The position numbers and the translations under genes are program-made. DNA of 53,816 bases, counting the filler, from Squatina squatina (taxonomy: Eukaryota), in assembly GCA_031763465.1 (NCBI GenBank). It is 3 parts of 3 records of this genome, joined end to end, with 100 filler letters (N's around TTAATTAATTAA, not from the genome) between each part and the next. Parts side by side here need not be neighbours in the genome. Positions count along the whole stretch, not along the records: positions 1 to 20,002 come from JARFOE010000073.1; 2 more parts are not named here. One strand, 5' to 3'. The notes beneath the pieces were generated by a model. It was given only the letters and a program-made list of their open reading frames with translations, made no database searches and was not told where the DNA came from. Positions 1 to 10,082 of the stretch are shown in pieces (positions within the stretch are counted from its first letter, which is position 1; each line of letters begins with the position of its first letter).

Positions 1-329
1 ATGCCAGATTTACAGTCACCATATGAGATCTGTACTGGGCTAAATACTCCTCCCAGTGGTTTGTTTCCAAATGGCATTCACAGATAAGTCAGCCTACAAA
101 CCAGCTGGAGAGACAGTGCTCGCTTTTATAAACCTCTGGTGATTATAACTTGTGCTGGGGAGTAATCAATAAAATAAAACCATTTTCTTTACAATTGCAA
201 TATTATCTGTAACCCCAGATGGAAAAGCATTTGGCTTTGGAACCTAAAAAAAAACCCCCATAGAAATATTATCATTTTATAAAAGTGAATGAGTATTATT
301 CAGTTCATTGTTAGCTGAAATGAAGTTGC

Positions 330-600
330 TGTGAAACGCTGGAAAAACAGTGCAGTCCTCAATATTACGACATGGACAGGGCTTGGTTATCCTGAAGCGA
401 TGTTCCCAGTGGTAGCCTAGATTGACCCCCTAACATTAAAGTTAAGGGCGGTTGTGACATTTACAGCCACTGGCAGTGTGGTGCCTGTGGCGAGGGTGGG
501 CTGATGGTCAGGTTGCAGCATAAGAGATAAGTGACAGCCTTCTTCGTGAAGCACATCACCACAAGCACAGCTCCTGGTGCTGGCAAACCAGCCAGTTATT
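330..600 (-). mobile_element. Degenerate PIF/Harbinger transposase (HARBI1-like) fragment
   Basis: Across a frameshift the minus strand reads CFTKKAVTYL/LMLQPDHQP..TTLPVAVNVTTALNFNVRGSI*ATTG. This matches the Harbinger transposase motif RFxKxxV..LPVAVKVTxALNFxAxGSFQ; stops and frameshift present. Confidence 0.75.
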
Positions 601-2530
601 CCTTGGCCCTTCCCTTCCTGCAAAACACAAAACTAAAAGGGAATTTCCACTGGAAACCCATTGTGTCCTGTCTGAAATTAGAAGAGATGAGTGAAATGGT
701 GTGGGTGTGTGTGTGACACAGAGAGGGGGCTGCTAATTAATTAAGGAAATCATGTGGGTGAAAGGAATGGATGAAGTGTTACTTCAATTTTCATTGAATA
801 AATCTACTGTCACACTGTAGAAAATATAAAGCTTTTTGTGTGTATGCATCATATCTGCTTGTACATAAGAAAATATTGGATTTAGGTACAAAAGCCAAAT
901 GATATCATGAGGAAGCAAGGGAGCAGGTAATGGTTGCAATGAAGGTAGATCTCCTATGGGTGGAAGGACAATTCTGTGGGCAAATTAAGTGGGATCTTCA
1001 TTTGTGCTTATCAGTTACTATCTGGTGCAAGGAATGTACTCAGTCTGCTAACCTCACAGCAAGTATCCAAATGCAGGAGAGCATCTAAGATGAATGGAAT
1101 ACAAATTACCTGTAGGGAAGGGAATCACTGCTCGATTCTTGACTCCTGATTAAAGCATAGCTTGCATAGTTTTTTGTTATTTTACAGTGAACTGTGATTT
1201 AAGACTCAGATCGCAAAGAAAAGTAAATATGTTACCTATTAAAATGTTGTGATTCATCTTTGCATTGAGTACATTACAGGGAACGCTGGTCTGGAATTGT
1301 TTCAGATCTCATGGGGTTGTGGTACAGAGTCCTTTGTTTCTTGTGTACTATCAGCCCTCTGGTGGTGGCTTAAACGCTTCACTGTACTCCCTATTCAACT
1401 AACCTCAATAGCTTTGATGATAAGAGAAGCAAAAGCAAGTCCTTTCATGTTAATGGCAATTTTAGTTCATTAGAATGCATTTTTCTTCTTATTAAAAACT
1501 TAAGGGGGCCCCAATTCGTATGCACCCAAATGNNNNNNNNNNNNNNNNNNNNNNNNNNNNNNNNNNNNNNNNNNNNNNNNNNNNNNNNNNNNNNNNNNNN
1601 NNNNNNNNNNNNNNNNNNNNNNNNNNNNNNNNNNNNNNNNNNNNNNNNNNNNNNNNNNNNNNNNNNNNNNNNNNNNNNNNNNNNNNNNNNNNNNNNNNNN
1701 NNNNNNNNNNNNNNNNNNNNNNNNNNNNNNNNNNNNNNNNNNNNNNNNNNNNNNNNNNNNNNNNNNNNNNNNNNNNNNNNNNNNNNNNNNNNNNNNNNNN
1801 NNNNNNNNNNNNNNNNNNNNNNNNNNNNNNNNNNNNNNNNNNNNNNNNNNNNNNNNNNNNNNNNNNNNNNNNNNNNNNNNNNNNNNNNNNNNNNNNNNNN
1901 NNNNNNNNNNNNNNNNNNNNNNNNNNNNNNNNNNNNNNNNNNNNNNNNNNNNNNNNNNNNNNNNNNNNNNNNNNNNNNNNNNNNNNNNNNNNNNNNNNNN
2001 NNNNNNNNNNNNNNNNNNNNNNNNNNNNNNNNNNNNNNNNNNNNNNNNNNNNNNNNNNNNNNNNNNNNNNNNNNNNNNNNNNNNNNNNNNNNNNNNNNNN
2101 NNNNNNNNNNNNNNNNNNNNNNNNNNNNNNNNNNNNNNNNNNNNNNNNNNNNNNNNNNNNNNNNNNNNNNNNNNNNNNNNNNNNNNNNNNNNNNNNNNNN
2201 NNNNNNNNNNNNNNNNNNNNNNNNNNNNNNNNNNNNNNNNNNNNNNNNNNNNNNNNNNNNNNNNNNNNNNNNNNNNNNNNNNNNNNNNNNNNNNNNNNNN
2301 NNNNNNNNNNNNNNNNNNNNNNNNNNNNNNNNNNNNNNNNNNNNNNNNNNNNNNNNNNNNNNNNNNNNNNNNNNNNNNNNNNNNNNNNNNNNNNNNNNNN
2401 NNNNNNNNNNNNNNNNNNNNNNNNNNNNNNNNNNNNNNNNNNNNNNNNNNNNNNNNNNNNNNNNNNNNNNNNNNNNNNNNNNNNNNNNNNNNNNNNNNNN
2501 NNNNNNNNNNNNNNAAATATGGAGCACATT

Positions 2531-2906
2531 TTTTATTCATTCACGGGGATGTGGTAGTCACTGGCAAGGCCAGAATTTGTTGCCTATCCCTGGAGAACTG
2601 TCTTCTTGACAACTGAGTGGCTTACTAGGCCATTAAGAGTCAACCATATTGCTATCACTTATAGGCCAGGCCGGGCAGACGGCAGATTTCCTTCCCTAAT
2701 GGTCTTTACTGAACCAGATAGGTTTTTTAAATGACAGTCTGGTAGTTTCATGGTTACAGTTACTAATACTACTTTTTTTATTCCAGAATTATTTTACCTG
2801 AAGTTAAATTCCGCAAGTGCCATGGTGGGATTTAGAACTCACGTCTCTGGATCATTCGTCCAGGCATCTGGAGTAATCGCAACATAACCACTATGCCACC
2901 GTTCCC
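2531..2906 (-). mobile_element. tRNA-derived SINE
   Basis: Pol III A-box TGGCATAGTGG (2888-2898) and B-box-like GAGTTCTAAATCC (2828-2840) on the minus strand. 3' tail ends CCCGTGAATGAATAAAAA. Confidence 0.75.
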
Positions 2907-3147
2907 GTTAAGTCAGCAACACTGAAAATAAACATGAATATTTGAATTAAATTGAAAACAACCTTTGGCTGAAAATTAAGATTAAAAGCAGTGGTTGTGC
3001 AGTATTCACCTGAGTTAATATGATTCCCTGGAGTCAGAGCGAGAGCTCGCGCCCTGCACTCCAAAACCGTTGGGGCGCTCATTTCCGGAGCGGAGCCGAC
3101 ACTTCACTGCTCTCCCGCTATTATTAACAACTATTATAATAGAAAAC

Positions 3148-3258
3148 ATGTCATCCACCGAAAGTAAATCTGAGTCTAGCCCGCGCAAAGTGCCGGTGCC
3201 GCGGTTCTTCGCCAAGTTGTGGGCGCTGATGGAAAAGCCGGAGGTGCGAGCTTTTAAC
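3148..3258 (+). CDS. First coding exon of a heat shock transcription factor (HSF3-like DNA-binding domain start)
   Basis: ATG at 3148 within a CpG-rich patch; encodes MSSTESKSESSPRKVPVPRFFAKLWALMEKPEVRAFN, then a GTGAGT donor at 3259 (phase 0). PVPxFxAKLWAL resembles HSF helix 1 (HSF1 VPAFLTKLWTLV; HSF3 PVPGFLAKLWALV, from recall). Downstream exons not found. Confidence 0.75.
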
Positions 3259-3740
3259 GTGAGTAACCAACCCCGCGCATCGCCATGGCAACCGGGCCCA
3301 CTGCGCACCACAAGCCTCAGAAACGGTACAAACCCCAGCACCACCCCCGCCCGTCCCCGTCTCTCTCATTCTTTTACACAAAGGACACCGCGGTCTGACC
3401 CGCAGACCCTCGCTGATGTTTATTCCGGTGGTACCTGTTGCATTTCCACCGCGGCTTGGGTTTTTTTTTGCCCAGGGCAGCGCTGTGCACACTCCTAGAT
3501 GCAGGCACTGGGCACAGGTCTCTCCGAAAAGTTAGTCATTTTTAACATTTAGAAACTAGTGTAGAGATAATCCCTGCTCTCTAAACATTGAACATGAGTT
3601 TAGGTGTGTTTACTACGTGTCCAGAGAGGTTCAATGCATAGACACCCTACCCAAAACATTTTGTAAAGCAGTTTTGAAACCACATTGGCTTTACACTTCA
3701 CACCGTCTCAAACCAAAGTGGTGAAACTATTCCCTCCAGG

Positions 3741-4088
3741 TAGGGTGACCAGTCGTCCCGGTTTTTCAGGACACGTCCCAGTGTCCCAACACTTACCTTC
3801 AAATTGCTTGAATGTCCCGGTTTCTAGGAGCGAGAGACAGATCCCTGACTGCACACGCGAAGTCGCTCTGGAGCCATAAATGTGCAAGTGCAGTCGCTAT
3901 GGAACCATAATGGGCATGCGCTGTCTTAGCGTTGACCTAACTGCGCGTGTGCAGTCTTAGCGTTGACCAGACTGCGCGTGTGCAGTCTCGACAGGATCTG
4001 ACTGTGCGTGCGCAGTCTCGACAGGATCTGACTGTGTGTGCATATGCTGATTGTCCCGGTTTGGGAAGCTTCAGATCTGGTCACCCTA
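3741..4088. mobile_element. Non-autonomous hAT element (Blackjack/MER81-MER94-like termini) with internal minisatellite
   Basis: TIRs TAGGGTGACCAG / CTGGTCACCCTA. Flanking 8-mers CCTCCAGG and CTTCCAAG (6/8 match, decayed TSD). Subterminal GTCCCGG repeats and ~30-bp tandem units at ~3855-4045. Confidence 0.85.
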
Positions 4089-4239
4089 CTTCCAAGAAGT
4101 TTCACTCACCTACGCCCCGGAGTCAAGGTTAGCATTGATGCAATCGTTTTGTACCAATGCAAAATTTGCAGCTTGAAGTGATGCTGGTGTGAGGCAGCTT
4201 CCTGTATAGCTAGTTATGCCTCAGGGCTTTAGTAAGCCA

Positions 4240-4487
4240 ATATGTCAACCGGGAGGGATTATGGAGTGTCCTTCTCAAATTTGGCTACCCACAAAAATTT
4301 ATCAGCATCCTCTGCCTCCTCCACGATGACATGCAAGCCATGATTCTCACCAACGGATCCACCACAGACCCAATACAAGTGCAAACTGGGGTCAAGCAAA
4401 CCTGGTCATTGCACCAACGCTCTTCTCCATATCCCTCGCTACAACACTCCGCCCAACCCCTATGAAGCTCCCCACTGGAGTGGAGCT
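4240..4487 (+). mobile_element. RTE-clade LINE reverse transcriptase fragment
   Basis: Translates to VNREGLWSVLLKFGYPQKFISILCLLHDDMQAMILTNGSTTDPIQVQTGVKQ..VIAPTLFSI, typical of RTE RT; truncated by a gap. Confidence 0.85.
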
Positions 4488-4587
4488 NNNNNNNNNNNNN
4501 NNNNNNNNNNNNNNNNNNNNNNNNNNNNNNNNNNNNNNNNNNNNNNNNNNNNNNNNNNNNNNNNNNNNNNNNNNNNNNNNNNNNNNN

Positions 4588-5420
4588 GTGTGCCACCAGT
4601 GCAGTCACTGGGTGTGGCAAGTGAAGGAGTTGCTGGGCATGATGATGGTGGGCAGCTGGTGATGCCAACTGGCTGGCATCATCCTGGTGTGCGCTCATCT
4701 CTCTAGCATCCGAAAGGAGGTGATCACTCTACCTCACCTACTTCACGTGGTATCGAGGGAGATATCACTCCAACATGAGTGATGTGCCCCATGGTCGAAT
4801 AGTCACAATGTTCACAAAGTGAATGGGTCAAGCAAAGGTCACTATCATTGTGACTTGGCTCTCTGCTCCAAAAGGACGCCATCCCTGCACCTCAGTCCCC
4901 ACTTCACCATCACCATGGCCAAATAGCCTGATTTTTGCACTTTTCAAAAGGTCATCCAAGATCACCAAAAATCATAAAAATGGCTGTTCCAAGTCGCGCA
5001 CAACAATTTCAAAGCTTTATAAGGTCTCCAGATGGGGTTTTTTGCAGTAAAAATGGTGGGGCATGATAGACAATGATTTTGTGCCCTAAGAGAAATATCA
5101 GCACGGATGTTACCGCCCCAAAAGAACAGGCGCTGTCACCACCTGCTTAGCGCCAAGATAATTGAGGCCAATTCTTTGTCGGGCGGCCATTTTAGGCGTC
5201 GTGCATTCTGATGACGTCACGGAGGCTGTTTTACGCCTAGCGCCACATTTCCAGTGCTCCCGCGTTAGCGCCACGCTAAACTGAGGCCAATTTCGCAAAT
5301 TTTAATTGAGCGCCGAAAACGGGCGTTAGACCCCTAATGCCCGTTCTACACCCATTTAGCAATAGCGCCAGAGTGCCAATTGGGCGCCCTTATTTTCCTG
5401 TCTGAGGAAATTTAGGGATG
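4588..5420. repeat. GC-rich DNA-transposon-like remnant with repeated (TTA)GCGCC motifs, probably Harbinger-related
   Basis: Many GCGCC/GGCGC motifs in both orientations at 5100-5390, resembling subterminal repeats. No intact ORF. Confidence 0.4.
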
Positions 5421-5689
5421 ACTATGTTGGGGATCCACTCCCAGAGCAGAGGCCTACTTGACAGCGGCACGAACAGAGAATCTGACAGAGAAAACCAGGA
5501 GCAACACCAATCAAGCAAACTAACCCCTACATCTGATTCTCTGATCCACACTTGCAAAAGCAGCCTTCTTGTGTTAAATAACTTTTTTTGTTAAAATAAT
5601 GATGTAAGAGGATTTATGTTAGAATTTGCTGGTTTGTTGCTGGTTAAGGGTAAACACCCCAAGTTTAACATCAATGTGAGGCAGGATCC

Positions 5690-5990
5690 AACCTGACACT
5701 GGAGTAGAGTGAGACTCACATAGAGAACAGACTGGCTGATCTGCTGAATGCAGGTCCCTGCATTCAGCTTGAAAGGAGCTAGTTGCATAGAAGTTCAAGC
5801 CAGTGGTGACTTTCACTGCCATGATCAGAGTCGTACCAGTCTTGGATGAAGTTTGCAAGTTGGACTGCAGGAGATCTGAGACTGTCTCCCCTGGTGAAGT
5901 GTAGGCTCGGGAGGCAGAAGTCCTCAGATATGCACAAGTAACTCTGGCGAAGTCTGTAAATTCACCTCTCTGAATAAGTGTGGGTTAGGC
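5690..5990 (-). mobile_element. Degenerate PIF/Harbinger transposase (HARBI1-like) fragment
   Basis: Minus strand reads YRLRQSYLCISEDFCLPSLHFT..LLQSNLQTSSKTGTTLIMAVKVTTGLNFYATSSFQ...CIQQISQSV, the N-terminal region of a Harbinger transposase, with frameshifts. Confidence 0.8.
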
Positions 5991-6304
5991 AGACCACATC
6001 AGATAGTCCTCATGTTCAGGTGGGTGCAATGGATCCCATGGAACTGCTTGAAGACATCTGAGTTCAAAGAAATGTGACTGCCAAACAGATTCCTCTAATA
6101 ACACTGTATTCTGGAGCATACCCAGTGCCAAAAAATTGCAACTGGAAGGGAAATACCGATCTTGAAAACTAAGTGTGCATGAGAATAAAGCTTTGCAAAC
6201 TGTAGGCAGACAAACAGGAGAGGCAGTAGGAGATGGGAAGTTGGAGGTAAGGTGCCAAGATTAGGTTGATAAAGGCAAAGGGGAATACAGGTCGATCTAG
6301 CTTC

Positions 6305-6400
6305 AACAAAAAAAACAGAAAATGCTGGAAACACTCAGCATCCATCAAGAGAGAAACAGTTAACGTTTCAGGTCTGAGACCCTTTGACAGAACTGGAAGG
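6305..6400 (-). mobile_element. Penelope-like element terminus with mutated hammerhead-like core
   Basis: Minus strand CTGTCAA-AGGGTCTCAGACCT-GAAACGTTAACTGTTTCTCTC...TGCTGAGTGTTTCCAGCATTTTCTGTTTTT. Related copies at ~20110-20285, ~42085-42240 and ~50035-50095. Confidence 0.6.
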
Positions 6401-7994
6401 AAAGGGATGAAAGAACATAAGGGAAGGTCTGTGATTGGGTGGGAGACAGCTTCATGTGGATTGCCAAATTTCAGCAATGGCTGTGCACTCAACCACTATT
6501 TTTTAGACACTCATGTAAGTGTTTAAACTGCCTCATATGAAGGTAACTAAGAAGGTAAGTAACGTACCTGAATGTGAAGCTCCTCCCTACACTGGATTAA
6601 AGGGCCAGGCCGTCGCTCCCAACCCCCTAGCGACCCCGTTCCACTCTCTCATCCCCAATTGCCCTCCACCCTGACCCCAAACCCCAAATGCCACCCCCAC
6701 CAGACCAGAACCACAATCGTGAATTCCATGCCTCCATCCCCGGAACCACTTACCTGAGAACCGCTACTTCACTACAGGTTAATATAAAGCACCAGAAGCT
6801 GATTTTAGTGTTTTACATAAAATATTTGAAGAAAGTACTGCACTCAAAACTGGAAGATCCATTTTTTTCCCCCCAGACCACATTTCTCCATAACGTCACC
6901 TTTGGCAGTATGGCAGCATGATTAATGTATGATTCACATACCATTCAACTAGTCTTTGCTTTTGGTGTGTGTATTTTAGGACTTAGCTGGCTAAGCAAAG
7001 TAAATAAGATTCAGCACTTGATTGTGAGTCAGGCTCTTCTTTCCATGTCCAGCATAGTTTTTTTTAAATTGTGCAGTATATTGAGATTGTGTTTCAGGTT
7101 TTTGTCGAACCAGTTGAACTATCCTTTAATCTCAAGTCTTTGCATGCGCAGGAACTATTTCTTCATCTTTCTCTCACTGGCCTTTTGGGGAGGACTTTAA
7201 CTGAAGTTAGGTGGTTGGTCACTTTTTTATGTTATGCAACTGTTTCCATTTAGTTCCATTGTTAACCATATAGTAGAGGGTATGTTTTCTTAAAAATATA
7301 TAATTTGGGAGAAGTGACTGTTCTCCAGAATTCCTTCACTCTTCACATGCTTCGTCTTTGATACTTTTATGGGGTGGATTTTAGTGCCAATTTGTGCGAC
7401 GGTAAAGTGGTTTCTCCGGCTTGAAACTTCTCGAAGAGGCCATCCCACATCTCCTTGGCCCTGTCACCACAAGAATATAAACCCAGGCCCAGCTGGTATC
7501 AATCCAGATTTTAAAAGTGCTCACGTAGTTAGCTGGATCTCTTGGGTACTTGATACCCTTCAAAAAAGTTTTAACTATATTTTAAGGGCACGTCCATACT
7601 TCCTCTCAAACAGTCTGTATGAAGAGCCGTACACTTATGTCTCAGACTAGTAGCAGCACTAACCACAGCTTTATACACCTTTAAAGAAGTTAGACGAGTT
7701 TTTGGTACAAAGTGCACAGTAGCACCAGAGATAATGAATTGAAACAGATTTCAATACTCAAGTCTGATTATAGTTGTTTGTGCTCCCCACCCGCTTCCTT
7801 TCGGAAATTATTTTCTTCTCCCACCCCAGGTCAGTTCCCAGCTGAGAGAGTGGGCAAGTAAATGGTCACTGCCCAGGCACTCAGTATGGTTGCTNNNNNN
7901 NNNNNNNNNNNNNNNNNNNNNNNNNNNNNNNNNNNNNNNNNNNNNNNNNNNNNNNNNNNNNNNNNNNNNNNNNNNNNNNNNNNNNNNNNNNNNN

Positions 7995-8368
7995 CCAGCG
8001 CAACTAACGGCAGGAAGCAATTTTTAGACACTAATTTCAACCCCAGGCACACAACAAAAACTATCGCACACAACAGAGTGGGTAGTAAAACAAAGAATTA
8101 TAATCAAAAAAACAGTATGGACAAAAAGAATGACAAAGCCTTTGAGAATAAAGCTAGGGATAGCCGAGCAATTGAGAAAAAGGAGGCGTTGTCATTTCTT
8201 AATGGTGTTATAACTAGCAGCTCTGGTTACATTACACATGGATTTTCTGTCAAGAGTTCAGCTGACAATGATGGTAGTGGATCTGAGAGTGGTTACACCA
8301 CACCGAAGAAACGTAAAGGCCGGAGGAATAGCGACAAAGGTGTTGAGAACTTAAATTTGTTTCAAGAC
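7995..8368 (+). CDS. NUFIP2: NUFIP2, fragment of large internal exon
   Basis: KTKNYNQKNSMDKKN...NGVITSSSGYITHG...ADNDGSGSESGYTTPKKRKGRRNSDKGVENLNLFQD matches the recalled NUFIP2 motif ADNDGSGSESGYTTPKKRKARRNSAKGCENLNIVQD. Similarity stops abruptly at ~8368 with no splice donor. Confidence 0.92.
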
Positions 8369-8407
8369 ATTTCACTTTCTAATACTTTGCTTTTCTTTCT
8401 TTTGCAG

Positions 8408-8437
8408 TACGATGGTATCATTCTGCCAGGAAAATAA
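8408..8437 (+). CDS. RPL11: Terminal coding exon of 60S ribosomal protein L11 (YDGIILPGK*)
   Basis: Polypyrimidine tract plus TTTGCAG acceptor, then TAC GAT GGT ATC ATT CTG CCA GGA AAA TAA, identical to the recalled vertebrate RPL11 C-terminus. Short 3'UTR with AATAAA at 8459 and 8476. Confidence 0.85.
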   Translation, partial: YDGIILPGK

Positions 8438-10029
8438 ACCTGTTTTGTAACTATCAATAATAAAGGAAAAATAATAATAAAGGAAAGATCTGATCTATAA
8501 CCTTTTTCTGTTTTTAGTCTAGTGGTAGTTACCTCATCATCTTAACTTAAATTAGGCAGAAAGGCAACTGTCAAATGTGCTGTTGGTTTACACTACCTTT
8601 CTGACTGTCATTTAGTTTGAATGTGTTTAAACTACACAAAGCAGCACACAGGCTATTTTAAATGCTTATCGTCCAGGTGCAGATTGAGGCAATGTCCTCT
8701 CAATACTTTTTTAAAATCAGATAATTTGGATTGGAGGGTATAGGGTTCGGTGCAGAGTGAAGCAATGAAATAATCCATGGAACAGTTGGGATGTGGAAAA
8801 TATGTAAGGATGTTAACAGACCAAGGCTGAACAGTGGAAATGTCAGGATAGATGGATTATGGAGCTTTTCTTGATTACCTTTGGAGATCAGAGAGTATTA
8901 AAGCAAAACCTTCCCTCGTGAGATTGATTGGATTGGGGCTGAGTACATGAATGNNNNNNNNNNNNNNNNNNNNNNNNNNNNNNNNNNNNNNNNNNNNNNN
9001 NNNNNNNNNNNNNNNNNNNNNNNNNNNNNNNNNNNNNNNNNNNNNNNNNNNNNAATGTGTAAATCTGATATTTGGCAGGATGTTTGGGACACTCCAGATG
9101 AGTGATCCTATCCACGCACATGTTCCTTACAATCAAGGCAATTGGCTGACACTGGAATGGGAGCCTGACTGACTTTTACTTGCACTGCTGCTCCAGAGTG
9201 CATCAGTTAACTCGGTGCTGTCTGTAGATCAAACCTAGGAATTTCCGGGCTCATAGCATAGTGCCACATTGTGTGTGAATTTACCCACGGGTCGTAAGAA
9301 GAGTCTGTTTGATTCATAGACAGTCAGTTGGTTTTTGTCTCTTTCACTGAAGCAGGTAGATGTAATGCTATTTCTTGGGAGAGAAAAGTCAATTGATTTA
9401 ACCTCAAAAGAAATGCAATGTTGTTTTGAGGGTGGTGCTTCATTGCACACTACTCTGTTGGAGAAAAATAAAAATGCAAATTTTAGGGATCCAACTACTT
9501 CAGTAATGGTGTTGTTTCACCTTTTGAAAGGTTGGAGTGACTACGAGATTTCTGGTATCTTTGAATTTTTAGTGCAATGTATATATGCATGCCTATAAGT
9601 GCAAACTCAACACATGCATTGAATACATTTAACAAAGCTAGTCAGTAAAGGTTGACTCCAGCGCGTTAAATTTAAAAATAAATTGGTGTTCTGATTTATC
9701 TGAAGGGAGAAAATATTGGCTCAGTCCATTTGCATTTGTCACCCTAAAGTATACTTAATTACTGTATCAAAATCTGGGGGCAAAAACAGTCAACTTGAAA
9801 TAGTAACGGACTCTTTATGTGGAATTGGGGCCTTTGTCTGTACGGTTTAGTGGATTAGATCTAGTCCAACTTTTAAATTAAAATTTAAATTAGACTTTTT
9901 AGGGTTGCGAAATCGATATTTTAGTAATGGAGGTGAGATATTGTTATGGTGGGTTTTTCAGCTTTATACAATTGTATGTGTTTTACTTGATTTTATTTCT
10001 GCATGATGAAAGACTTCTGTTTTTTTCAG

Positions 10030-10082
10030 ATCCTTCAAGAGTCGTTACCTATGATGAATCTATGGATCGTCCTGATCAATGA
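10030..10082 (+). CDS. NUFIP2: NUFIP2 terminal coding exon
   Basis: TTTTTTCAG acceptor, phase 1; encodes (D)PSRVVTYDESMDRPDQ*, compared with recalled human DPKRIITYNEAMDSPDQ*. Confidence 0.9.

Noticed and set aside
417-623. 68-aa minus-strand ORF with a good acceptor, initially read as a host terminal exon
   Set aside because: The LPVAVNVTTALNF motif and flanking frames match a decayed Harbinger transposase.
1053-1109. Possible 57-nt minus-strand exon (VICIPFILDALLHLDTCCE)
   Set aside because: Splice sites are plausible but there is no recognisable homology; chance occurrence is likely.
1445-2609. Long ORFs in the track made of X residues (also 13832-14371 and other gap-spanning ORFs)
   Set aside because: Artefacts of translating N gaps.
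2821-2906. tRNA gene
   Set aside because: A and B boxes are present but no cloverleaf is evident, and the sequence continues into a SINE body and tail.
3855-4045. ~30-bp repeated units as a CRISPR-like array
   Set aside because: Tandem units without unique spacers, inside a TIR-bounded transposon in a vertebrate genome; no cas genes.
5212-5219. Perfect CRE (TGACGTCA) in a CpG-rich patch as a promoter
   Set aside because: Lies within a transposon-like remnant with no adjacent exon.
7830-7894. Acceptor-like site as the start of NUFIP2 exon 2
   Set aside because: No frame resembles the NUFIP2 exon-2 start, and it is separated from the NUFIP2 fragment by a gap.
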